From the NCBI GenBank assembly GCA_964016885.1, contig OZ024754.1:1054001-1118000 (forward strand): a stretch of DNA of 64,000 nt, read 5' to 3'. The stretch is from Eledone cirrhosa (taxonomy: Eukaryota). The position numbers and the translations under genes were made by a program. Shown piece after piece: positions 53,625 through 64,000 of this stretch; the first letter of the stretch is position 1, and the number at the start of each line of letters is the position of its first letter. The notes beneath the pieces were generated by a model. It searched no databases. It saw only the letters and a program-made list of their open reading frames with translations, and was not told the origin of the DNA.

Positions 53625-53785
53625 GTAATTCCTTAGTTCTGTATATCATTGTAAAAAATGCTCGAATGCGAACCCGCACTAATTTCTTCCTGGCAAACCT
53701 TGCAGTGGCAGACTTCTGTGTTGGAGTGTTTTGCATCTTCCCAAACTTGTCGACATATTTCTCACCTATTTGGCATCTTGGAAAA
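53625..53785 (+). CDS. TrissinR: GPCR coding exon 2 (TM1 end, TM2, ECL1)
   Basis: tttcttgcag| acceptor; (G)NSLVLYIIVKNARMRTRTNFFLANLAVADFCVGVFCIFPNLSTYFSPIWHLGK |gtttgt; phases 1 and 0 fit both neighbours; this frame is absent from the ORF track. Confidence 0.93.
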
Positions 53786-54136
53786 GTTTGTATTCACTCT
53801 GTATTATTATTATTTTATTTATTATTATTTGCCTCATTCAGGTAACACGAAATAAACCAATCCAATAAATGTTTTGAAATATTGTTTAGAATAAATGAAA
53901 AAAAACAAAAAAAAACAATTACCTGTATCTGTAGCCCAAGAGCCCTAGCTTTCTCCCCCACCCCCTCTTCTTATTTATAGAATTTATAATCCTTTCTTCT
54001 ACTTTCCCATACAGCTAGATCTGCCCTTTCCCCTCTTTTCCTCATTTTATTTTTATCTTTCTTTTTCGTATTTATGTAATTATCAATGGTTTTTATGCCA
54101 ACTTTGTGAGCGAAACACATGTATTGATATATATAA

Positions 54137-54356
54137 TATTGGTTTCTTATATAGGCACAAGGCCAGTGATTTGGGGGGAGAGGAAAGTCGATTAAATCGA
54201 CCCCAGTGCGTGACTGGTACTTTATTTTATCGACCCCGTGAGGATGAAAGGCAAAGTTAACCTCGGTGGGATTTGAACTCAGATCATAAAGGGCTATAAC
54301 TCTTTGCTGCAAAGCATGGCTTACTACTCTCTACCGATACTGCCAATCCACCGCCC
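54137..54356 (-). mobile_element. tRNA-derived SINE (4796 family)
   Basis: Full-length reverse-complement copy. Confidence 0.85.
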
Positions 54357-54362
54357 TTGATA

Positions 54363-55110
54363 TCTATATATATAAAACAGAGGATGTCTATCTGTGTGTC
54401 TGTTTCCCTAAAACTCGAGAAGTACCCAACCGTTTTTTTTTCAAACTTTACACATGTAACACGTATGGCCCCGGAAGTGTTTTGAGCAAAACAAAATTTC
54501 AAATTATTCTGAGCTAGGGATCGAATTAGTGAAGTGGCTAATGTCTGTACATAATGAGGGAGTGGGAATGGAGAGAAAGAAACGGAGAGGCGAAGTGAAG
54601 AAGTGGCTCTCTACTCCTCCTTCTCCTTCTCCCCATTCATCACAGCGTTTTTCGATAGAGGGGAGAAATGTGAACGAGTTACAGATAGAAAGAGTGAGAG
54701 TGAAAGAAACAGACAGACTAAAAGAGAGGGATAGCGGGAGAGAGAGAGAGAGTGACAGACGCCGTCTTTTGAGAGTTGTATGCGTCAAAGATACATGACA
54801 GTGGAATAACTATTGCGTGTGTGTGTACGTGCGCACGTGTGTGCGTGATTTTGTGTGCGTTTGCATGCGTTTCAAGGATGAGAATTTCAATTACATATTA
54901 TTTAAGTCGAAAGATGTGTGAAAAGTTTGAAGATCAAAAAAGAGGAAAAAGGTATTATGCATTTCGAAGAACTATCGTAAAGAGGATATCTTTCAGAATG
55001 TCAATTAAAGATTATCAATCTACATCTAAAAAAAATAGATTTAGAAGAGTATCATTAGGAAAAGAATGTCAAATGGTAAAATTATTAAATTTAAGAAGGA
55101 AGATCATTTA
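54363..55110 (+). mobile_element. Helitron-like non-autonomous element, 5' part
   Basis: TCtatatatataaaacagaggatgtct start shared with 37979; 3' limit uncertain. Confidence 0.45.
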
Positions 55111-55847
55111 AAAAAATTTTAATTCTTAAAGAAATACTCAGTAAATAAATAAATAAATAATAGGATCATTTTAAAGGTGTATCAGATATAGTGTGTATCA
55201 TAAATTAAAAATACTTCTGAGAGTGGAATTTAATAGAGTTTTAACAGTTGATTACATAAAAAATTATTTAATATCATTGAATATTATACTCCAGAAAATC
55301 TCTCGAGTGCTTTAAATCAGTTATAAACATTTATATTTGTTGAATTACCAACAAATTGAATATCCCTTTTGCTTATATATAACTCACGAATGCATATATA
55401 TATATATATATATAATTTGAATATATTTAGTAAAACATTAAAGTACTTCTTTTTAACAAATGATTCAATAAATATGTATAATAATTATAAATAATTATAA
55501 ATAATAATTCAATAGAAATATTGCAATAACAAAAAGTTCTAATAATGAGCATGACCTCTACCGACCAATCAAAATTGTTTTGACCACAAGAATTTTTGCA
55601 AATTGGAGCCACTTTTTTAACATAAAAACAGGTAGAATTCCCAAAACTAATCAGATCAGAGCAAACAGCACGGACACTCTATCTCAAAATTATTTTTGAA
55701 AAGCATTTAGAAATGCGCAACCGGTAAAAACTTAAAAACTTAAAACCACAACTGAATACTAACCCATACAATCACTAATACTCTTTTATTCCTAATTAAA
55801 CCATTTTTCAACTGTGAACAATTTGTCAGCATTTTCTATTCCGTTTA

Positions 55848-55881
<34 letters not shown>

Positions 55882-55886
<5 letters not shown>

Positions 55887-56424
55887 TATGAAGAGAGAAG
55901 GAACATTTAGATATAATTAGTAATAAAATGTATCATATATAAATACCCCCTCCGCCTCCGTGGTATTTTCTTCGGGGTTATAAGAGGCTTAGCTCTGTTT
56001 CTCGACCGTTATATCGCGTGACTATCTCCCCCTCCGCCTTTTGGGATTCTTTCTCACGTCGTGTAGACGCGTTCTTGAAGCTAGTAAAATGAGGTATCCT
56101 CTTGATAAGTCGGCAGACCTCGCAAAGGCTCTATATCTTTATGATGTACTGTTTTTGTTTATGCCACGAAACTACGTAGTCGAGGAATCTAGGAGCAGTT
56201 TAGGTATGATACATTTTATTACTAATTATATCTAAATGTTCCTTCTCTCTTCATAATGTATTTTTAACTCTGATACTGGTTCAGTCTAGTTCAACCGGAT
56301 TGGTCTGTCCCAGTCATTCATTGAGCAACATCGGTAAGGTTGGCACCATTAACTCACGGTTGGATGTGGATGCATTCATGTATATGTGTGTGTCCGCATG
56401 TATCTGTGTGTTTCTAAATATATT

Positions 56425-56427
<3 letters not shown>
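55882..56427 (+). mobile_element. PLE 3' remnant with a 55-bp inverted arm, in GPCR intron 2
   Basis: 55882-55937 inverted against 56205-56260; actc...gagc at 56267-56326; (TA)n on both sides. Confidence 0.75.
56097..56186 (+). ncRNA. Type-I hammerhead with compensatory U3-A8 core
   Basis: tcctc TTGATAA gtcggca...tgccac GAAA ctacgtag TC gagga; predicted GUC cut after 56181. Confidence 0.8.
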
Positions 56428-56466
<39 letters not shown>

Positions 56467-56595
56467 GTTTCACCTTAGCGGATCCGCTAAGGTGAAACAA
56501 TTGTTCTCGGTATGGTGAACTAACTGTTCTGTAACCACTTCTACCTAACTCGTCCCATGGACTGAGTGCTCTACCACTACGGATATTACCTTCCA

Positions 56596-56689
<94 letters not shown>

Positions 56690-56837
56690 CTTATATATAT
56701 ATATATAAGCAAAGAAATATTTAATTTGTTGGTTATTCAACAAATTTATTTATAACAGATTCGAAGCACTCTACAAATTTTCTGGAGTATAATATCAATG
56801 ATATTAATAAATGGAAACTATATTTTTAAAACCATAT

Positions 56838-56890
56838 TTATTTATATTTCAAGGGTACCAACATTTTGGTACGCTCTCATCAGATAAAAT
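56838..56890 (-). ncRNA. Hammerhead (28653 family), helices I and III partly deleted; truncated inverted copy at about 57001-57046
   Basis: Minus strand: ttttat CTGATGA gagcgtacca aaatgt tggtaccctt GAAA tata. Confidence 0.6.
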
Positions 56891-57839
56891 ACAAAATTTG
56901 TTTCATAAATGGTGACATACTCAAGAAACCAGACCTTATCGGTTCAGGTTCAGTTTGGATATCCAAACTGAACCTGAACCGAGGTACCAAAAGAGTACCA
57001 AGAGCGTACCAAAATGTTGGTACCCTTGAAATATATATAATAAAATAAATATGGTTTCATAAATATAGTTTCCATTAATTAATATCATTTTTATATATAT
57101 ATATTACACCTACACACACATAAGTACATATATGTGTGTGTATATGTGTGCGTGCTAAAGCCTGTTCTAAGCCCGTAACCTCATCAGACTAGAGATTGGT
57201 GTTAAGTATCTGAGAGTACAAGACAAGGTTAACTCTACCTGATGGTGATAAACATTTTTTCTCTGAGTGGATTGCAGCAGCACAAAATAATGTCTCTTGT
57301 TCAAGGACACGACATGCCATCCGACCTTAATGTCTATGAGCTTACCATCTTATATACACAGACAGACACACACACACATACACACACATATATATATTTG
57401 AATATAATTGGATTTTTCAGATCAATACGATACTACAATGCATAGTGGTACTATTGTATTAAATATTTTTTCGACCCGGCCGCTGACAGACTTGCACAAT
57501 AATAAGAGGGTGAATAATGACATTAAAGCGAGCTCAATACGATACAGACCTGAAACAGCAAGACCCCAAAAGGCGATTACCCCAAGGGCGATTAACTCCA
57601 GGGGGTTTACAAATCACTATAAAACAATTTAAACTACATATGAATAAATAAAGATTAGCATTATAAATTTTAGTTGTTCGCTCCCACAAACTAACTCCAC
57701 AATAGGATAAGGATAAAGATACCATAACTCCTTGTGGTGTTGTAGAGGCATCGTCAGACGGCATGTCTAGGGCACTTTTAAACCTGGCGAAGCCCAACCC
57801 TGTCCAGCTCTGAACACAGCCGATTTTTTCTATAGAGGA

Positions 57840-58005
57840 AGAATCGACCCAGTACTGGGCTGGTACTTTTTTTATAATCGACATCCAAAGGATGAAAGGC
57901 AAATTTGACTTAGGCGGGATTTGAACTCAGAGCGCGCAATGAAGTGGGACGAATACGGTAAAGTATTCTATCCGTCGTCTTAACGACTCTGTCAATTCGC
58001 CAATT
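57840..58005 (-). mobile_element. Older SINE copy
   Basis: aaaggatgaaaggcaaa...gggatttgaactcag core in reverse. Confidence 0.7.
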
Positions 58006-58278
58006 CGCTCCACAATAGTATGGCGTTAATTTCACTTTTACATTCGATCAACGAGTGTTCTATTAATATCTTCGACCTATTTTTTTCTGTTCATATTCTT
58101 TCTGTTTTTATTCTCATAAAATCCTACGATACAGGTAATTTATTTTGCCTTGTGTACTGTCGTTGCTTCATTTTTAAGCATTTAACAGAAATATTTTTAT
58201 ATATATTGTGGACAGTCTTTGCTTAATTTTTACTTCTATATACTCATTTAATAGAAATATTTTTATATATATTTTCAG

Positions 58279-59346
58279 GTGATGTGTAAATTGTACTACT
58301 TTGTTCATTACATGAGTCTGACAGTTCCTGTCCTACTTCTTACCGTAATCTCAGTGGAGCGGTATATTGCCGTACTTTACCCTTTGAAGGCTAAACAGAT
58401 GTTCACATTTAGACGGCTGAAAATCCTACAAGCTTTTATCTGGTTACTCTTGATTATATATAATTCTCCTCAACTTGTGGACTACGATACATTTGTTATA
58501 GGAAATAACACTTATTGTTATATGCGTTCTGATAACATCAACACTAATGCATATGTTCTTGCGAATCTTATTATTTGGTACACAATTCCATTATCAGTGC
58601 TAACATTTATGTATGTCAAAATTGCTGCTGTGCTCTGGCAAAGTAGCAGTTCTAAAAACCTTGTTCTCAATACCAGCACTCATACTTATAGCAAATGTAT
58701 TTGCGGTAAAAGAGTTTCATCAAACCGAAATGACAATCGTGACTTTCATTCTCATTCTTTCAGAGAAGGAAACGACAGAAAGTATGACAGAAAAAAGAAA
58801 GAAAGAAAGAAATGCAAATTAAATAGAGAACCCTATTTAGAAAATGAATGTATATCAGAATGTGAAGGTGAAACTGATTGTGGTAGTAATACTGAAATTT
58901 ACTCCATTGACAGTCTAAATACTGGCGGGTCATCAATAAAAGGCCGCCAAAGTAATAGAAATAGTCTTCAACGAGTAACTCTTGTTAAAGAAACTATAAG
59001 CCAGAGCAATAATTCAAGTAAAAGTTGTACTGAACAACATCATCAAATCAATTATCCACGAGTTAATACACAGAAAGCTATCCAAGCCCGAAGAAAAGTC
59101 ATTATTCTTCTTGTTATGATAATTAGTTCGTTTGCTGTGTTAGCTCTCCCTTACCACATCAGGTCGTGCTTATATCTATGGGCAAACACACAATCTCTCG
59201 GAAGTTTATTTTCTCCTGTTTGTTATTTACTTTATTACGCCAACAGCGGTTTAAATCCGCTTCTTTATGCACTGCTCTCTGATAACTTCAGAAAAAGTTT
59301 CAAAGATACGTTCAAATGTCGTAGAAGTCATCGGAGGAAAACATAG
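58279..59346 (+). CDS. TrissinR: GPCR coding exon 3 (TM3-TM7 and C-tail)
   Basis: ttttcag| acceptor; VMCKLYYFVH..ISVERYIAVLYP..IW..YNSP..YTIPL..MY.KIA..LW..ARRKVI..FAVLALPYH..YANSGLNPLLYALLSDNFR; the FFLANLAVADFCVG.FC..NLS.Y and C..Y.FVH.LS.T patterns resemble insect trissin receptors as I recall them (not searched). Confidence 0.95.
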   Translation: MMCKLYYFVHYMSLTVPVLLLTVISVERYIAVLYPLKAKQMFTFRRLKILQAFIWLLLIIYNSPQLVDYDTFVIGNNTYCYMRSDNINTNAYVLANLIIWYTIPLSVLTFMYVKIAAVLWQSSSSKNLVLNTSTHTYSKCICGKRVSSNRNDNRDFHSHSFREGNDRKYDRKKKERKKCKLNREPYLENECISECEGETDCGSNTEIYSIDSLNTGGSSIKGRQSNRNSLQRVTLVKETISQSNNSSKSCTEQHHQINYPRVNTQKAIQARRKVIILLVMIISSFAVLALPYHIRSCLYLWANTQSLGSLFSPVCYLLYYANSGLNPLLYALLSDNFRKSFKDTFKCRRSHRRKT

Positions 59347-60537
59347 TCTTGAAATGGAATCTTACGTAGAAAATGTTTTACGTAAGTTCATATTTTGGAC
59401 GTGACGAAACATATAACTGCTATAAACATTTACAGATATCTTTTAAAACATCTCCTGTGTATGATACAACCTGAGCACTCTCCGTGAATGAGCACTCTCC
59501 GTGAATGAAGACATCACAAATATAATTCAATATGGATTTCACTATTTAGTTTTCTTTAATAATAAAGAAAACTAGATCTAAAAATCTTTCATAACCTTTC
59601 ATGGTTACCACAAAAATTTCACCGAAGCGAAGGACCCCAAATACTTCAAGTATGAAGAGCATCTATAAAACTCAACATTTTCCTATCTATCCTACTACTC
59701 ACAAGTGAGTAAGTGCATTACTATAGATAAATACACACATGTGTGATACCATATCCTCAGAAATACTTTTCTAAACAGAAGTGAAACGACCATGACATAG
59801 CATCCTTTCTCAACATCTTTTATATCTACAAAAACAAAACATCTTTTCTTTAAAACATTGCTAACTCTAAGCCTCATCTACAAACTATAAACAAAGTATG
59901 GACCTGCTATCCATCTGTTAACCACACAATGTTTAATGCCAGATACCGTACAAAACATTTTGAACAATCCTTCCATATTCAAAGTGCAACACTCTAGAAA
60001 TACCTTGATATTTCTTCCCTCACAAATCTACCTACAAACATTCAAATCGCATATTAACCCCATTGACAGTCTATTCTCACACACTAACCACTGTACAAAC
60101 CACTCAGCCTAACTAATAAAAATAATTTATAAACTTGTTTAACATTGAAGCACATAAATGAACATTTTGTTAATTGAAGTTGACTTGCTATTAATGTCTT
60201 TTAAATGAATATTTATTTGTTTGGTTGCAAGGAAATGGCCGTGTTCATAGCCATTGTAGGCCTTCTGAGACCGGTGACATTGATATGGTTAATGTATTAA
60301 CATTTCTTTGAATTCTGTTTGATTAATCAATGGTAACTTGTAACATCTTACATCCCCAAAATTCATACTAATATTCAGAAAGAGCTAAAATAATGTTAGT
60401 GTGCCGTAAAGAGAAGAAATGAGTAATGCTTTGAGCAAGACCTTTGGGGTTGGGGTTTGAAGGGCTTGGCATAAAACATTAGATATTTCCTCTCATTTTA
60501 TTATTTGAATTGAATTAACTCTTGCCAAAACATTTGA

Positions 60538-60716
60538 ATTGGCAGTATCGGTGGAGGGTCGGACGCCATGCTTTCCAGCATAGTTACGTCCCTTTACGGT
60601 CTGAGTTCAAATCCCGTCGAGGTTAACGTTGCTTTCATCCTTACGGGGTCGATAAAATAAAGTACCAGTAATGTACTGGTAAATTGCTGGCTTTGTGCCT
60701 AAAGTAGAAACAATTA
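60538..60716 (+). mobile_element. tRNA-derived SINE (4796 family)
   Basis: A/B boxes and core. Confidence 0.85.
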
Positions 60717-60949
60717 GTTTAGAGGATTAAATTTGATTGTATCAAGGAGTTTGCATAGTCAACCGATGTATTGCCAGAGGCGTTAGAGCATCGGATTAAA
60801 TGTTTGGTGGTGTTTGTTCTGCACACTGGTCAACTTTGCTTTACATCCTTTCGGAATCCATAAATAAAAGACAAATACAGGGGGTGGTGGATTGGCAGAA
60901 TCATTGTAGAGCCAGACGGGATGCTTTGGGGATATCTCATCTGACTTTA

Positions 60950-61225
60950 TGGAGGTGCATGGTAAGGGTGTTGGACTTGCGATCATAATGTCGTGGGTTC
61001 GATTCCTGGGCTGGGTTGCGTTTTGTGTTCTAGAGCAAAACACTTCATTTCACGTTGTTCCAGTATATCCAGCTGTAAATGAGTACCAGCAATAGCTGGG
61101 GCTTTAACCCTGCGATGTACTGGCGTCTTATTCAGGGGTGGGGGCTTGTACTCTCAGTCGCATCACCGGGATAAGCATCCGTCTGATGAGCCTCCTGGTT
61201 TCAGACAGACTTTAGTCTTTAGACT
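60950..61225 (+). mobile_element. tRNA-derived SINE (second family)
   Basis: gggttcgattcc B-box, gagcaaaacacttcatttcac, ccagctgtaaatgagtacc. Confidence 0.75.
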
Positions 61226-61659
61226 TAGACATGTGACCTTCTACGTTCTGGATTCAAATCTCGATTTCTGTCATCAGAAAGTTGTTAAGATTTTGTTAGG
61301 AGATACAACTGGCATAAAATATTAGCAATGGCAAAACCAGTAGAAACATAGTTTTCTTGGCCCCGTCTCAGGATCGGTTCCTTTTCTTGGCAGAATTGCT
61401 ATAGTTTGGGATGCCATTGTGGTGTTCAAATCTTGTCGAGATTAGCTTTGCCTTTCATCTTTCCGCTGGCGATAAAATAAAGTACCATCAAGTACTAGTG
61501 TTGGTTTACCGAACTTTGGGCTACCCCTAAATTTGCTAGACATATGTCTAAATTAGGAATATATATAATTATCCGGATGTAGTTGACGGAAGAAAGAAAA
61601 GAATACTCACTACTGAAGTAGAATTTAAATATTCATTTTACTATGGCTAAATAATAAGT

Positions 61660-61707
61660 CTTGTATTCTGGAGTTTCACGTGCTTGTTCACAGGGTCATC
61701 AGACAAG
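61660..61707 (-). ncRNA. Degenerate hammerhead within a fold-back (about 61620-61762)
   Basis: Minus strand: cttgt CTGATGA ccctg tgaacaag cacgt GAAA ctccagaat acaag. Confidence 0.45.
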
Positions 61708-61926
61708 CAGGTGAAACTTCAGAAAAACAAGACTCATTATTTACCATTTATAAATTGAATATATATATAGGAAAAAGTTTAACCCCGACGACAGAGCTCT
61801 GCCGTCGGGGTTAAACCTTTTACTATTACCCACTCTACTACCCTAAGTATTCAGTACTCTGGTACGTTATGGTCCATCTAGTTCCTTACCACACTTCCTT
61901 CGTTATATATATATATATATATATAC

Positions 61927-62028
<102 letters not shown>

Positions 62029-62033
62029 GTATA

Positions 62034-62084
<51 letters not shown>

Positions 62085-62092
<8 letters not shown>

Positions 62093-62236
62093 CAGATTAA
62101 AGTTTAAGCAAAGAATCGCGATTCTTTGCTTAAACTTTAATCTTTTATTTTAATAATATTTGCTCTACGGTTCTTAAATATTTGATATATACTTATCGAG
62201 TCCTCTTTGGATGTTAGTCTTCAAAATTATTATTAT

Positions 62237-62242
<6 letters not shown>
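62085..62242 (+). mobile_element. Family Y mini fold-back, inverted inside hammerhead loop III
   Basis: Palindrome centred at 62118/62119 (aatcg|cgatt), then gctc...gagt hairpin and (TA)n. Confidence 0.8.
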
Positions 62243-62272
<30 letters not shown>

Positions 62273-62341
62273 ATACTTTGGGAGGGTCATGTTGCCAATA
62301 TGACCCTTCAGATAAAGAATCTTGCTAAACAAATTCAGAAA

Positions 62342-62383
<42 letters not shown>

Positions 62384-62421
62384 TTTCTGAATATATACAT
62401 ATGTATACAGACGTACAGTAG

Positions 62422-62465
<44 letters not shown>

Positions 62466-62488
62466 CAGGCACACATATATATATGTAC

Positions 62489-62583
<95 letters not shown>

Positions 62584-62910
62584 TATGTATACGTACATAC
62601 ATATATGTATATAGACGTACAGTAGTATGTATATACATAAATACATGCACATATATATATATGTACGTATGGGTTTACCGAACATTTATATATATATATA
62701 TAAGCATGTATACGTACATACATATATGTATACAGGCGTACAGTAGTATGTATATATATACATACATACACATATATATATATATATGTACGTATGGGTT
62801 TACCGAACATTTATTATAATGTTCAGTTTGTTTGTAAACAAACAGCCCGAATTAAGCCATACAGTGTTCGGCAAACATCGTTGCCCTTTTGTTCAACACT
62901 GACAAAGGAA

Positions 62911-62952
62911 CAATGAACTAGTTTCTAGCTTCTTAAGCTGTCACCAGCACTG
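62911..62952 (-). ncRNA. Minimal hammerhead motif, A6G core
   Basis: Minus strand: cagtg CTGGTGA cagctt aag aagcta GAAA ctag TT cattg. Confidence 0.6.
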
Positions 62953-62974
62953 TATACCGTCCTGTCAATCGATT

Positions 62975-63393
62975 GCTGTAGTGGAGTCTGTGCTGCTGTA
63001 CGGGTCTGAGACTTGGACACTGACCAAGAAACTCACTCAGATGGTGGATGGGTGCTACACGAGAATGCTGAGGATGGCTCTAAACAGTATACACTGAGGA
63101 TGAAAAACTCAGAGCTGTATGGGAGCCTCCCAAAATTCAGCTCAAAAGTGACGCAGAGGAGACTGAGGCTAGCTGGACATGCTCACCGACATCCAGAGTT
63201 GACACTGCACTCAGTGCTCCTTTGGGAGCCCCTACATGGACACACTGGAAGAGGAAGACCAAGGTTAACGTATGTTGAAGCCCTAAGGACAGACACTGGT
63301 CTGTTGGAGACGCAGGACATGGCAGCGATAATGAGGGACAGAGACCGCTGGAGAGAACTCGTCCATGGATCTCGGGAATTTTACCCGCCCTAG
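62975..63393 (+). mobile_element. RTE-type LINE 3' fragment (another family)
   Basis: VESVLLYGSETWTLTK..DGCYTRMLRMALN, then RRLRLAGHAHRHPE..LLWEP.HG..GRGRP. Confidence 0.85.
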
Positions 63394-64000
63394 TATATAT
63401 ATATATATATATAAAGAAAAAGAGATGAAATCGAAAATGCAACTGGAGTCTTATTTTTTTTTAAATATATATATTTATTTGGTTCCTTTACCGGTTTCGC
63501 AGTTCTTCTGCTTTTCAAAAGGTGAGTTGAGATGGAGGGTCTGTGGTTTTTCTCACTTTTGGCACAAGGCCAGCAATTATCCAGTTCATTACTGGTATTC
63601 TGAGTTAAGAATAATGTAAATAAATTAGTAGAACGAAAATGCCAGAGGTTATCAAAATCATAAAAGTAATAATAATTAAGATTTATACAATTATATATAT
63701 ACACGCCGTACGTACATATACATGCACATACACATAAACACGCGCACACGTACATAAACCCGGCGTGACTATATACCCGCACACATACGAACGTATACAC
63801 CAAATACACATACATATATGTGTGTGTATACATATAATTACATATACATATATAAATATACACACATATATGCATATAACACACACACATGCCTACACGT
63901 AAATACACATATGTTCAACAAACGTACATATACACATTCATACATACCCGTATATACACATATACATACATATATGTGTATATAAACAAATTCAAACATA

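Noticed and set aside
53658-53855. 65-aa ORF MLECEPAL...
   Set aside because: Wrong frame over GPCR exon 2.
59472-59508. 17-bp tandem duplication gagcactctccgtgaat in the GPCR 3' region
   Set aside because: Simple slippage duplication; no functional evidence.
61182-61210. CTGATGAGCC motif
   Set aside because: No downstream GAAA or helix III; part of a SINE tail.

Overview
AT-rich, microsatellite-saturated animal DNA; the SINE/LINE repertoire and repeat texture suggest an octopus or another cephalopod (inference). The only host protein-coding gene I can support is a three-coding-exon rhodopsin-class neuropeptide GPCR on the + strand (44070-44238, 53625-53785, 58279-59346; 465 aa spliced; trissin-receptor-like). 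The rest is mobile DNA: RTE-clade and R4/Dong-clade LINE fragments, tRNA-derived SINEs, Helitron-like and hAT-like non-autonomous elements, and many Penelope-like element (PLE) remnants inserted in (TA)n. The PLE remnants give the main hidden signal. By eye I count about 30 type-I hammerhead ribozyme motifs (some degenerate) from more than a dozen unrelated sequence families. Two families can be tied to GIY-YIG endonuclease ORF ends. Several carry recurrent non-canonical cores (U4C, U4A, A6G, and a compensatory U3-A8). Many copies share one architecture: inverted arm, hammerhead, a conserved RCTC...GAGY hairpin, short tail, (TA)n. The inverted arm repeatedly stops a few nt before that hairpin. 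All folding and alignment was done by eye; nothing was computed or searched.
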